From: a virus
Length of the DNA: 33,801 nt
Strand: one strand, 5' to 3'
IMG/VR virus record: IMGVR_UViG_3300029130_000029
Location: 1-33,801 of that record
Position numbers and translations under genes: made by a program. Position 1 is the stretch's first letter. Every line of letters begins with the position of its first letter. Below the pieces are notes generated by a model. That model was not told the origin of the DNA and ran no database searches. It was given only the letters and a program-made list of their open reading frames with translations. Positions 1-5,947 of this stretch are shown piece by piece.

Positions 1-212
1 GTGGCTGCGCTATAGTCGCCGGTGTTGGTGGCTGCGCTATAGTTGCCGGTGTTGGTGGCTGCGCTACAGTCGCCGGTGTTGGTGGCTGCGCTATAGTTGC
101 CGGTGTTGGTGGCTGCGCTACGGTAGCCGGTGTTGGTGGCTGCGCTATAGTCGCCGGTGTTGGTGGCTGCGCTATAGTTGCCGGTGTTGGTGGCTGCGCT
201 ACAGTCGCCGGT
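1..212. repeat. 27-bp tandem repeat array, start-of-window part (8 units)
   Basis: Unit ggtgttggtggctgcgctNNNgtNgcc repeats with exact 27-nt period. Units differ only in a 10-nt core: tatagtcgcc, tatagttgcc, tacagtcgcc or tacggtagcc. The array is in frame with the minus-strand CDS. Confidence 0.95.
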
Positions 213-539
213 CTGATTTTTGCTGCTCTCTGCTTTTTCTTTTATGTACTCAACCGCAGCTTTTACGACGCCTGCAATCCCGATCTCCGCCCGGAGCTTT
301 ATTTTCGTTCCGGCTCGCTTGGTGTCGCAGCTTTCTCTTTCGTCCGACACACCATCGAGGTCAGCCACGAAAAACCGACTGTCGGCCGGGGCGTAATGGG
401 CGAACACATCCAGCGGGTACTCGCAGCCGTGGAATCCTTTTTCGCAGAGTTTGGCTTCTGCTTCTTCATATTCCTTGCCGATTTCGAATTGGAAATCACG
501 GCACTTCATGTCCTTATCTGTGCCTTTGTATACGAGCAC
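1..539 (-). CDS. N-terminal part of a tandem-repeat early protein (DUF7666-like N-domain followed by nonapeptide repeats); continues across the window junction into 33801..33371
   Basis: Absent from the ORF track because it runs off the window edge. The minus frame is open from 539 to 1. GTG at 539-537 follows AAGGAGG (554-548), and there is an in-frame ATG at 509-507. It translates to VLVYKGTDKDMKCRDFQFEIGKEYEEAEAKLCEKGFHGCEYPLDVFAHYAPADSRFFVADLDGVSDERESCDTKRAGTKIKLRAEIGIAGVVKAAVEYIKEKAESSKNQ followed by NTG[D/N/Y][Y/C/R]SAAT repeats. From memory the N-domain resembles an uncharacterised phage family annotated DUF7666. Track ORF 299..499 is in a different frame. Confidence 0.75.
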   Translation of the reverse strand, partial: MLVYKGTDKDMKCRDFQFEIGKEYEEAEAKLCEKGFHGCEYPLDVFAHYAPADSRFFVADLDGVSDERESCDTKRAGTKIKLRAEIGIAGVVKAAVEYIKEKAESSKNQTGDCSAATNTGNYSAATNTGDYSAATNTGYRSAATNTGNYSAATNTGDCSAATNTGNYSAATNTGDYSAA

Positions 540-553
540 TTGACATTCCTCCT

Positions 554-910
554 TTAATCCTGTATAGTTGTGGTGGTGGTTGGGTCTCCGTCTCTGACGG
601 GGGCCTTTCTTTTTTTGTATTCCTCCTGTTGGCGGCGGATACAGCGCAGAACCCATGCTGTGAAGTTGCAGTAACCCATTTCGATAAGCTGCTGACGAAA
701 CTCCGCCATATTCACATAACCCAAAGGAATACGCACAGACAGCTTATAGTTTGCTTCCCGCTTCCTACCGGGCTTGTCCGCTATCAGCGCTTCCGCTTCG
801 GCAGTACGCCGGATGCCATAATACTCCGGCTTCTTGCACATACTGTCCAGCGGCTTGGTGTAACCAGGGAACTTCTCCCGGATAACTGCTATCCTCTCAT
901 TCTGCTCCAT
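554..910 (-). CDS. Early protein of unknown function, possible ribbon-helix-helix C-terminal region
   Basis: ATG at 910; the stop overlaps the RBS of the downstream repeat-protein gene. The segment KLSVRIPLGYVNMAEFRQQLIEMGYCNFTAWVLRCI looks RHH-like. No confident family match. Confidence 0.6.
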   Translation of the reverse strand: MEQNERIAVIREKFPGYTKPLDSMCKKPEYYGIRRTAEAEALIADKPGRKREANYKLSVRIPLGYVNMAEFRQQLIEMGYCNFTAWVLRCIRRQQEEYKKRKAPVRDGDPTTTTTIQD

Positions 911-914
911 GGCC

Positions 915-1010
915 TTACCTCACCAGCAGCAGGATAGCCGCTGCTGTGAATATGGCTCCCATTCCGAGGACTACGGCCAAGGCTTCCTGCAGCCACTCCT
1001 TTTTACTCAT
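915..1010 (-). CDS. Small single-pass membrane peptide (31 aa)
   Basis: Internal ATG 1010 of track ORF 915..1193, with GGAGG about 9 nt upstream. Its start overlaps the upstream stop (ATGAGTAA). Sequence MSKKEWLQEALAVVLGMGAIFTAAAILLLVR is one TM helix. Confidence 0.45.
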   Translation of the reverse strand: MSKKEWLQEALAVVLGMGAIFTAAAILLLVR

Positions 1011-1236
1011 CTTCCTGTACCTCCTTTTGCGGAAGCTCCGGCAGGAATGCCCACCACTGGACCTCGATAGCGCAATCCACATTGTCTTTGCTGACATTGA
1101 ACACCTGATGCTTGGTGCTGAATGGCAAGGTTGCGTATCTTCCCGGATTTGTCTGGCACAGGTAATGCCCGTCCTTGCTGGGTACGATCTCATCCGAGTT
1201 AAACCACCGGATAAAGGTGTTGGTTGTTGCTTCCAT
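1003..1236 (-). CDS. Hypothetical early protein (77 aa)
   Basis: Track ORF 1003..1287 trimmed to ATG 1236, which follows AAGGAGG. Sequence begins MEATTNTFIRWFNSDEIVPSKDGHYLCQTNPGRY... Function unknown. Confidence 0.6.
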   Translation of the reverse strand: MEATTNTFIRWFNSDEIVPSKDGHYLCQTNPGRYATLPFSTKHQVFNVSKDNVDCAIEVQWWAFLPELPQKEVQEDE

Positions 1237-1477
1237 GTTGTTCCTCCTTCTTTTCCACCCCGTTTGGCGGGAAAAACTTCTTGACATCTTTTATTGGAAT
1301 AAATAATGCATCGCAGACCTTATAGACTTCCTCCAATGTCCATGGGGTCTTGCATATCATTCTGTCGCTGATCTGCTGGCGGCTCATACCGGTGCGCTTC
1401 CCAAGGCTTGTCTGGTCGTGGCCAAGTTCCAGCATCAGCGCTCGCAGTTTGCGGTATGTATCAATTTTTTTCGGCAT
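1199..1477 (-). CDS. Helix-turn-helix DNA-binding protein (early regulator)
   Basis: ATG 1477 follows GGAGGAGG. LRALMLELGHDQTSLGKRTGMSRQQISDRM is an HTH motif. Confidence 0.65.
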   Translation of the reverse strand: MPKKIDTYRKLRALMLELGHDQTSLGKRTGMSRQQISDRMICKTPWTLEEVYKVCDALFIPIKDVKKFFPPNGVEKKEEQHGSNNQHLYPVV

Positions 1478-1847
1478 TTTCCTCCTCCATCAGCCCAAAC
1501 CGCTCTATCAGATCAACGAGTGCTATCATTGCATTTGTGAGAGATGTGAGTTCATTCGGACCGTATTTTTCCCATTTTTGATAGGCGTTTGTCACCGCGG
1601 CCAATTGTAGGCGTAGCATTCTTCGCAGTTCTCGTTTCCCGATGGGACTGCCGGATTTCGCATACTCTCTTGCGATTTCCCGCGCAGACTTCGGGCGAGG
1701 TGGAATGTAGGGTGGGTCTGGCACTATTCCTTTCCGCTCCGGCAGCTGATATCGCTTTTGCTCCTTATGGTTATTGATTGCGATAAATACGATGGTTGCT
1801 ATTGACATCACAGCAAGGGCGATGATTGTGATCGTTTTATCTTCCAT
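1461..1847 (-). CDS. Membrane-anchored early protein, unknown function
   Basis: N-terminal TM helix (ITIIALAVMSIATIVFIAI), a Pro-rich linker and a helical C-terminus. The ATG at 1847 lies directly after the upstream stop. Confidence 0.6.
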   Translation of the reverse strand: MEDKTITIIALAVMSIATIVFIAINNHKEQKRYQLPERKGIVPDPPYIPPRPKSAREIAREYAKSGSPIGKRELRRMLRLQLAAVTNAYQKWEKYGPNELTSLTNAMIALVDLIERFGLMEEENAEKN

Positions 1848-2042
1848 TTACTCCTCCCTTTCCTTAATAAGCTCGTCCAATGCAGCGTTAAAGCGCTGTT
1901 CTGCTCCCTTTGGGCTGCGGCGGCCATTTAATATCGCACACACATACGCTTTCCCAACGCCGAGTTTTTCTCCGAGCTGAGCCATTGTAATCTTGTTATT
2001 GTGCATCTTGCCGACCACATCGCCAGTCCATTGTGCAGGCAT
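1848..2042 (-). CDS. Cro/XRE-like HTH regulator, first gene of the leftward early operon
   Basis: ITMAQLGEKLGVGKAYVCAILNG is an XRE-type HTH. The gene is divergent from the repressor gene. Alternative start at ATG 2006. Confidence 0.7.
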   Translation of the reverse strand: MPAQWTGDVVGKMHNNKITMAQLGEKLGVGKAYVCAILNGRRSPKGAEQRFNAALDELIKEREE

Positions 2043-2073
2043 CTAAACTTTTCCCCCTTCTTTATATATTGTG

Positions 2074-2102
2074 TTGCAAAAGTTTACACAAAGTGTTATC
2101 AT
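2074..2102 (+). promoter_or_regulatory. Candidate sigma-70-type promoter reading toward the repressor gene
   Basis: TTGCAA (2074-2079), a 17-nt spacer, then TATCAT (2097-2102) with TG at 2094-2095 (extended -10). Sequence-only prediction. Confidence 0.4.
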
Positions 2103-2174
2103 ATCCTTGCGAGGAAAAATGAATCATGGCACATTGAGTGCCCGCTTTGTGTTGCGCTTGTTGCTTATGTTTTC

Positions 2175-2203
2175 ATTATAGTGTAAACAAACGCAACAGT
2201 CAA
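2175..2203 (-). promoter_or_regulatory. Candidate early lytic promoter reading toward the cro-like gene
   Basis: On the minus strand: TTGACT (2203-2198), a 17-nt spacer, then TATAAT (2180-2175), which is near consensus. The spacer contains an operator-like repeat. Confidence 0.55.
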
Positions 2204-2210
2204 GACGCAG

Positions 2211-2579
2211 TTGTTCCTTTTGTTTACTTTCTGCTATTTGCACAAAAAGGGTGTGTTGCGTTTGTTCTATATCAACTATGTTGCTCTTTGTAATAAAATT
2301 GGGAAGTCCCCGTCTGCTGTCGCCGAAGAAATGGGGTTTATGCGTTCCGTGGTTACGCGGTGGAGCAAAGGGACAATTCCAAGGCAGGCAACATTGCAAA
2401 AGGTTGCTGACTACTTCGGCGTAAGCGTGGATTACCTTTTGGGGAAAGAAAAACAGCCCACCGAAGGCGAGCTGTCCGGTATTCGGAAAGACCTTATGGA
2501 TTTCGCAGATACTTTGACAGATGAGAAAATTGAGAAATATCTTCGTCTAATGAAAACTTTAGAATCCGAAGATATTTAA
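2211..2579 (+). CDS. XRE-family repressor (CI-like)
   Basis: VALCNKIGKSPSAVAEEMGFMRSVVTRWSKGTIPRQATLQKVADYFGVSVDYLLG is a canonical HTH_XRE domain. The gene heads the plus-strand lysogeny module. The track start 2211 is TTG; the real start is more likely GTG 2253 or TTG 2262, after AAAAAGGG. Confidence 0.75.
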   Translation: MFLLFTFCYLHKKGVLRLFYINYVALCNKIGKSPSAVAEEMGFMRSVVTRWSKGTIPRQATLQKVADYFGVSVDYLLGKEKQPTEGELSGIRKDLMDFADTLTDEKIEKYLRLMKTLESEDI

Positions 2580-2825
2580 CAAGCTGCTCGTCAGACATCC
2601 GTTCCACCGCCTTTTTGAATTCCTCCTTTTTCTCCATTGGTGTTCCTCCTCTTTTGTCGATTATTGTCAAATAAAAATCCTTCCAAATTCAGTAGGTATT
2701 TGGTACAATTCAATTGTAACAAATTGCATTGCCGATATGTACTGACAAATGTTGCGGTTTCGGCGTAAAAACTGTCATGTTCTTCGGGCAAAAGTGTCCG
2801 GTAACAAAAAACAGGAGATGAGTTT

Positions 2826-3236
2826 GTGAATTCAGACGAAGAAAGGAATTGGGAAAACTTTTTATTGGAGGTAGCCGCAAAACGGCAGGAGCATGGAATG
2901 ACCCACAAGGATTTGGCCGACAATGCCGGGACGGTTGAGAGGACGATCTCCCGGCTGCTTTCGGAGCCGACCAAGAATCCGAGCCTTTTTCTCGTTGCTT
3001 CCATCTGCCAAGCGCTGCACATATCTCTCGACAAGCATTTTGTTAAGGAAGTCTATAACAAAACAGACAGCCAGAACAGCGAAGAAATGATAGAGGTTCT
3101 GAAAGAGCAGGTGCGCCAGCGCCGGAAGCTGTCCAAAACACTCTTCGCAGTTATTTTTGTCCTGCTGGCGATGATGATTTTATACCTCGTCCTAATCGAT
3201 GCAAATAACCTTAACTACGGTTTGATTCGGGATTAA
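2826..3236 (+). CDS. Membrane-anchored XRE-type HTH protein
   Basis: GTG 2826 follows AGGAGA. It has an HTH motif (MTHKDLADNAGTVERTISRLLSEPTKNPSLFLVASICQALHISLD) and a C-terminal TM helix (TLFAVIFVLLAMMILYLVLI). Confidence 0.7.
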   Translation: MNSDEERNWENFLLEVAAKRQEHGMTHKDLADNAGTVERTISRLLSEPTKNPSLFLVASICQALHISLDKHFVKEVYNKTDSQNSEEMIEVLKEQVRQRRKLSKTLFAVIFVLLAMMILYLVLIDANNLNYGLIRD

Positions 3237-3307
3237 GAACAGATGTTCTTTCCAAATATAATCGTACACAGTAATGTGTACAATAATCAGTACTGGAGGA
3301 GAAGACT

Positions 3308-3856
3308 ATGGAGGAAATGGAGAAAACAACACCAGAGATCAAGCCAAAGAAGAAAAAAACGATGGTAACAGCAATAATCCTAATTGTTATCATAATTGCA
3401 ATCATCGGAGCGCTTGCCGGCGGAGAAAAGGATAAAGACAAACAGGACAATCAGCAAAATCAGCAGCAACAGCAAGAGGAGCAAAACGCAGAAGTGGATA
3501 TGTCCGTAGTCGCTTCGGCCATAAAAACTGTGCTTGATAAAAATGCGGAGGGCACAGGGATTGAGTACTCTTTAGAATACGATGACACCGGTCTTGTTAT
3601 AGCAGCAAAAGCGTCAGGAGTAGCTGCAGAAGTGGCGCAAGCAAAAGCGGACGGATACGACGAGACATACGAGCCATGGGTAACAATGCGTGAAAGCATG
3701 GTTAAACTGTGCAATTCGGTATCTGATGCTGTTGATACGCTTGGCGCCAAGGATAAATATGTAACAGTCACAGTAGTCAACGATGCCAATGAGGACAACA
3801 CCCTCTTGACGATTATGAACGGCGTGGTTGTATACGATGTAATGGCAGAAAAATAA
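3308..3856 (+). CDS. Type-II membrane protein with Q-rich linker; candidate superinfection-exclusion protein
   Basis: ATG 3308 follows GGAGGAG. It has a Lys-rich N-terminus, a TM helix (MVTAIILIVIIIAIIGALAG), a low-complexity linker (DKDKQDNQQNQQQQQEEQN) and an extracytoplasmic domain of about 120 aa. It lies between the repressor-side genes and the integrase. Confidence 0.65.
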   Translation: MEEMEKTTPEIKPKKKKTMVTAIILIVIIIAIIGALAGGEKDKDKQDNQQNQQQQQEEQNAEVDMSVVASAIKTVLDKNAEGTGIEYSLEYDDTGLVIAAKASGVAAEVAQAKADGYDETYEPWVTMRESMVKLCNSVSDAVDTLGAKDKYVTVTVVNDANEDNTLLTIMNGVVVYDVMAEK

Positions 3857-3862
3857 AAAAAC

Positions 3863-3886
3863 ACCGCCCCCGGCAACGAGGGCGGT
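3863..3886 (-). terminator. Intrinsic terminator oriented for the minus strand
   Basis: Stem ACCGCCC (3863-3869) pairs with GGGCGGT (3880-3886) around a 10-nt loop. On the minus strand it is followed by GTTTTTTTATTTTT. On the plus strand no U-tract follows. Confidence 0.45.
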
Positions 3887-3906
3887 TATCTATCAGGAGG
3901 AGAAAA

Positions 3907-4992
3907 ATGAAAGAAAGGACAAATACGGCAAAGTGGCTTGAGAAGCAGAACCGCTGGCAGATCGCCGTCCAGAAAGATGGCGTAAGAAAAACATTTACAA
4001 GCAGTCGGCCGGGAAGGGAAGGGCAGAGGGAAGCAAACCGAAAAGCAGATGATTGGTTGGCATCAGGCATCTGCGGGACGAAGCTGCACCTATCGGAGCT
4101 GCACGAAAGCTATATGGAGCAGCTTAAAATTCGGACTTCGCAATCGAATTGGCGACCGCAGGAAAGCCGCTGGAAAACATGGATTGACCCAAGGATAGGC
4201 CACCTAAAGGCAGATGCACTTTGCGATGGGATTTTGCAAAAGGTTATCGACTATGCATACAATAACGGGAAATTGTCGAAGAAGTATCTGCAAAGCATCC
4301 GTGCTGACATGGTTTCTTTCTGCAAATATCTGCGGAAAATGAAAGTAACCGGCTTTGCCCCGGAAGACATAACAATTCCAAAGGGAGCCCCCGTTGGCGT
4401 TCGCAACATTTTGCAGCCGGAGGACATTGTAACGCTTTTCTCCGTTGATACGACGATCTACAAGGGTAAATTGGTAAAAGATCCATATATAAATGCTTAT
4501 CGCCTTGAGGTTTTGACCGGACTGCGGCCGGGGGAATTGCGTGGCATCATGCGAAACGATTTCAAACAGGGCAGATTGGAGGTAAGGCGGTCGATAAACG
4601 AGGATAACGAAATCACTACAGGCAAAAATGAAAATGCGATACGCAGCGTTTATTTGGGCGAAATCGCAGAGGCGATTGTAAAAGATCAAGCATCCAAGTC
4701 AAACGGCCTGTATCTATTCCAAATGCCGACAACGGAAACCTATCGGAAGTTTTTCCAAAGATATTGCAAAGCAAACGGAATTCCGAAAACGACACCATAC
4801 GAGCTGCGACACACTTTCGTTTCTCTTGCACAGTCCCTCCCGGAGGGATGGGTAAAGCAATTGGTCGGCCACTCAAAAAGCATGGACACATTCGGGGTTT
4901 ACGGCCACGCTGTATCGGGGATGGATCGGCAAATAACCAGCGCACTCGATGGCGTGTTTATATCAATTCTTGGGCGGCAAGAAAAAAAGTGA
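3907..4992 (+). CDS. int: Tyrosine site-specific integrase
   Basis: ATG follows AGGAGGAG. The C-terminal catalytic region contains LTGLRPGELRGI, YELRHTFVSLA and GHSKSMDTFGVYGH (the R...HxxR...Y signature). It is adjacent to the attP-like site. Confidence 0.95.
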   Translation: MKERTNTAKWLEKQNRWQIAVQKDGVRKTFTSSRPGREGQREANRKADDWLASGICGTKLHLSELHESYMEQLKIRTSQSNWRPQESRWKTWIDPRIGHLKADALCDGILQKVIDYAYNNGKLSKKYLQSIRADMVSFCKYLRKMKVTGFAPEDITIPKGAPVGVRNILQPEDIVTLFSVDTTIYKGKLVKDPYINAYRLEVLTGLRPGELRGIMRNDFKQGRLEVRRSINEDNEITTGKNENAIRSVYLGEIAEAIVKDQASKSNGLYLFQMPTTETYRKFFQRYCKANGIPKTTPYELRHTFVSLAQSLPEGWVKQLVGHSKSMDTFGVYGHAVSGMDRQITSALDGVFISILGRQEKK

Positions 4993-5025
4993 GTTATTTT
5001 GTGAGTTTTTTTGCAAAAGAAAAAA

Positions 5026-5058
5026 GCCAGTAACCCTCATGGTTACTGGCTTTCTCGT
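5026..5058. terminator. Bidirectional intrinsic terminator between integrase and the lysis/att region
   Basis: A 10-bp stem, GCCAGTAACC (5026-5035) with GGTTACTGGC (5041-5050), encloses a 5-nt loop. It is followed by TTTCTCGTT on the plus strand and preceded by an A-run, which becomes a T-run on the minus strand. Confidence 0.7.
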
Positions 5059-5090
5059 TGGTGCGGAAGATGGGACTTGAACCCACACGC
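5059..5090 (-). other. tRNA 3-prime fragment (T-arm, acceptor 3-prime strand, discriminator, CCA) = probable attP core
   Basis: The minus strand reads GCGTGTGGGTTCAAGTCCCATCTTCCGCACCA: T-stem GTGGG/CCCAT, T-loop TTCAAGT, acceptor CTTCCGC, then A and CCA. Sequence further 5-prime does not fold as the rest of a tRNA. Identity is undetermined (the ending resembles Leu). Confidence 0.7.
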
Positions 5091-5203
5091 AAAATTATGT
5101 TATTGCCGTAAAGTGTAGGAATCAAGCGGTTTTTCCGACTTTTATTCCGCTGAAAAAAGCATGAAAAACTCACTTTCGGAACAAAAGTGAGTTGCAAAGT
5201 GAG

Positions 5204-5947
5204 TTATTTTGCCACCGTATCGTACTGCTCAATAGCTGCCAAAATTCTCCCGCGCAGCGCCTGCGCACTGGCGTGTTCGGTTCTGTATTTCTCTTTGATG
5301 TCTTCCAGCTCGGCGACCAGCTTATCATAATCGCTCGGAACCTGCGTATCGTCATTGAGATACTGCCGCACCAACGCCAAAAACGCGCTCCAGTGCGGTC
5401 TGATATAGACAGGGCAGTCTTTCCTTGCGTACCAGTCATGGTGCTGGTAGACTGCGGTTTCATCCAAACCGTGCCGTTTTAGAATAGCAGCGCAAAGTCT
5501 TGCACCGTTATCTTCGGCAATCCGATTGTACTCGGCATCAGTGCCGTCCATGATGATCTCGATGGCGATGGTAGTGCTGTTGCCGGGGCCGTAGTTTCCA
5601 TCGGCAGCGTGCCAGCCGACCTCGCCCTCGTCAAGGTTCTGCCATGCTTCGTTCTCGTCCACATAGTAGTGGACACGAACGGATCCCATATTGCAGTTCG
5701 GGTAGGTCGCGCGGGTGTACTGCTCCGCCATTGTGGTTCCTTTCGGGATTTTGATCCTACCTGTATTATGGATCGTGACGCCTTTAATCGCAGAAAGCGG
5801 ACGATTGGCCTTATAGGTCGTTCCCTTTCGGTAGGTGTAACCACCTTCCTTAACATCACGGTTCCACACCGCAGAATCCGGGATTATCTTCTCACAGATT
5901 TTTACGCCGTTATCATAGCGTACATTATCGGGAGAGAGGAAAGCCAT
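5204..5947 (-). CDS. Endolysin, N-acetylmuramoyl-L-alanine amidase (Amidase_2/PGRP-type)
   Basis: Motifs VTIHNTG, HYYVDENEAWQNL, WHAADGNYGPGNSTTIAIEI and HHDWYARKDCP. It is the last gene of the late operon, directly after the holin. Confidence 0.9.
   Translation of the reverse strand: MAFLSPDNVRYDNGVKICEKIIPDSAVWNRDVKEGGYTYRKGTTYKANRPLSAIKGVTIHNTGRIKIPKGTTMAEQYTRATYPNCNMGSVRVHYYVDENEAWQNLDEGEVGWHAADGNYGPGNSTTIAIEIIMDGTDAEYNRIAEDNGARLCAAILKRHGLDETAVYQHHDWYARKDCPVYIRPHWSAFLALVRQYLNDDTQVPSDYDKLVAELEDIKEKYRTEHASAQALRGRILAAIEQYDTVAK

Larger units (their letters stand above)
2072..2266. promoter_or_regulatory. Operator-like repeats in the genetic switch region
   Basis: The 13-mer TGTTGCGTTTGTT occurs at 2254-2266 and as its reverse complement at 2186-2198. 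A variant TGTTGCGCTTGTT is at 2150-2162, and a related TGTTGCAAAAGTTT is at 2072-2085. All overlap the predicted promoters or the repressor start. Confidence 0.45.
4986..5211. promoter_or_regulatory. attP region: five GTGAGTT arm-type repeats flanking the tRNA-like core
   Basis: GTGAGTT occurs at 4989-4995, 5001-5007, 5187-5193 and 5199-5205, and inverted (AACTCAC) at 5167-5173. An exact 15-mer AAGTGAGTTATTTTG occurs at 4987-5001 and 5197-5211. Confidence 0.5.

Noticed and set aside
1-212. Tandem 27-bp direct repeats at both window ends considered as a CRISPR array, or as replication-origin iterons
   Set aside because: There are no spacers: the units are directly adjacent with an exact 27-nt period. 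The array is in frame with a long minus-strand ORF that has a good RBS, a globular N-domain and a C-domain. Variation is confined to two codons. A dual role as protein-binding iterons cannot be excluded, but nothing supports it.
299-499. Track ORF 299..499 (-), 66 aa
   Set aside because: It lies inside the junction-spanning gene but in a different frame. The frame starting at GTG 539 has the RBS, remains open to the window edge and gives a recognisable domain.
2001-2399. Track ORFs 2001..2186 (+) and 2124..2399 (-) in the switch region
   Set aside because: They span the promoter/operator interval or run antisense to the repressor HTH. They lack an RBS, and their translations have no domain character.
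2591-3034. A 147-aa minus ORF antisense to the membrane-anchored HTH gene
   Set aside because: It overlaps a plus-strand gene with a clear HTH and TM architecture, and has no RBS at its start. Only the separate 47-codon frame starting at 2637 has translation signals; that one is reported as a low-confidence finding.
5059-5130. A complete tRNA gene next to the integrase
   Set aside because: Only the T-arm, the acceptor 3-prime strand and CCA are present (about 32 nt). The sequence 5-prime of it (5091-5130, minus strand) does not form anticodon or D arms. It is interpreted as the attP core. Track ORF 4994..5197 across it is spurious.
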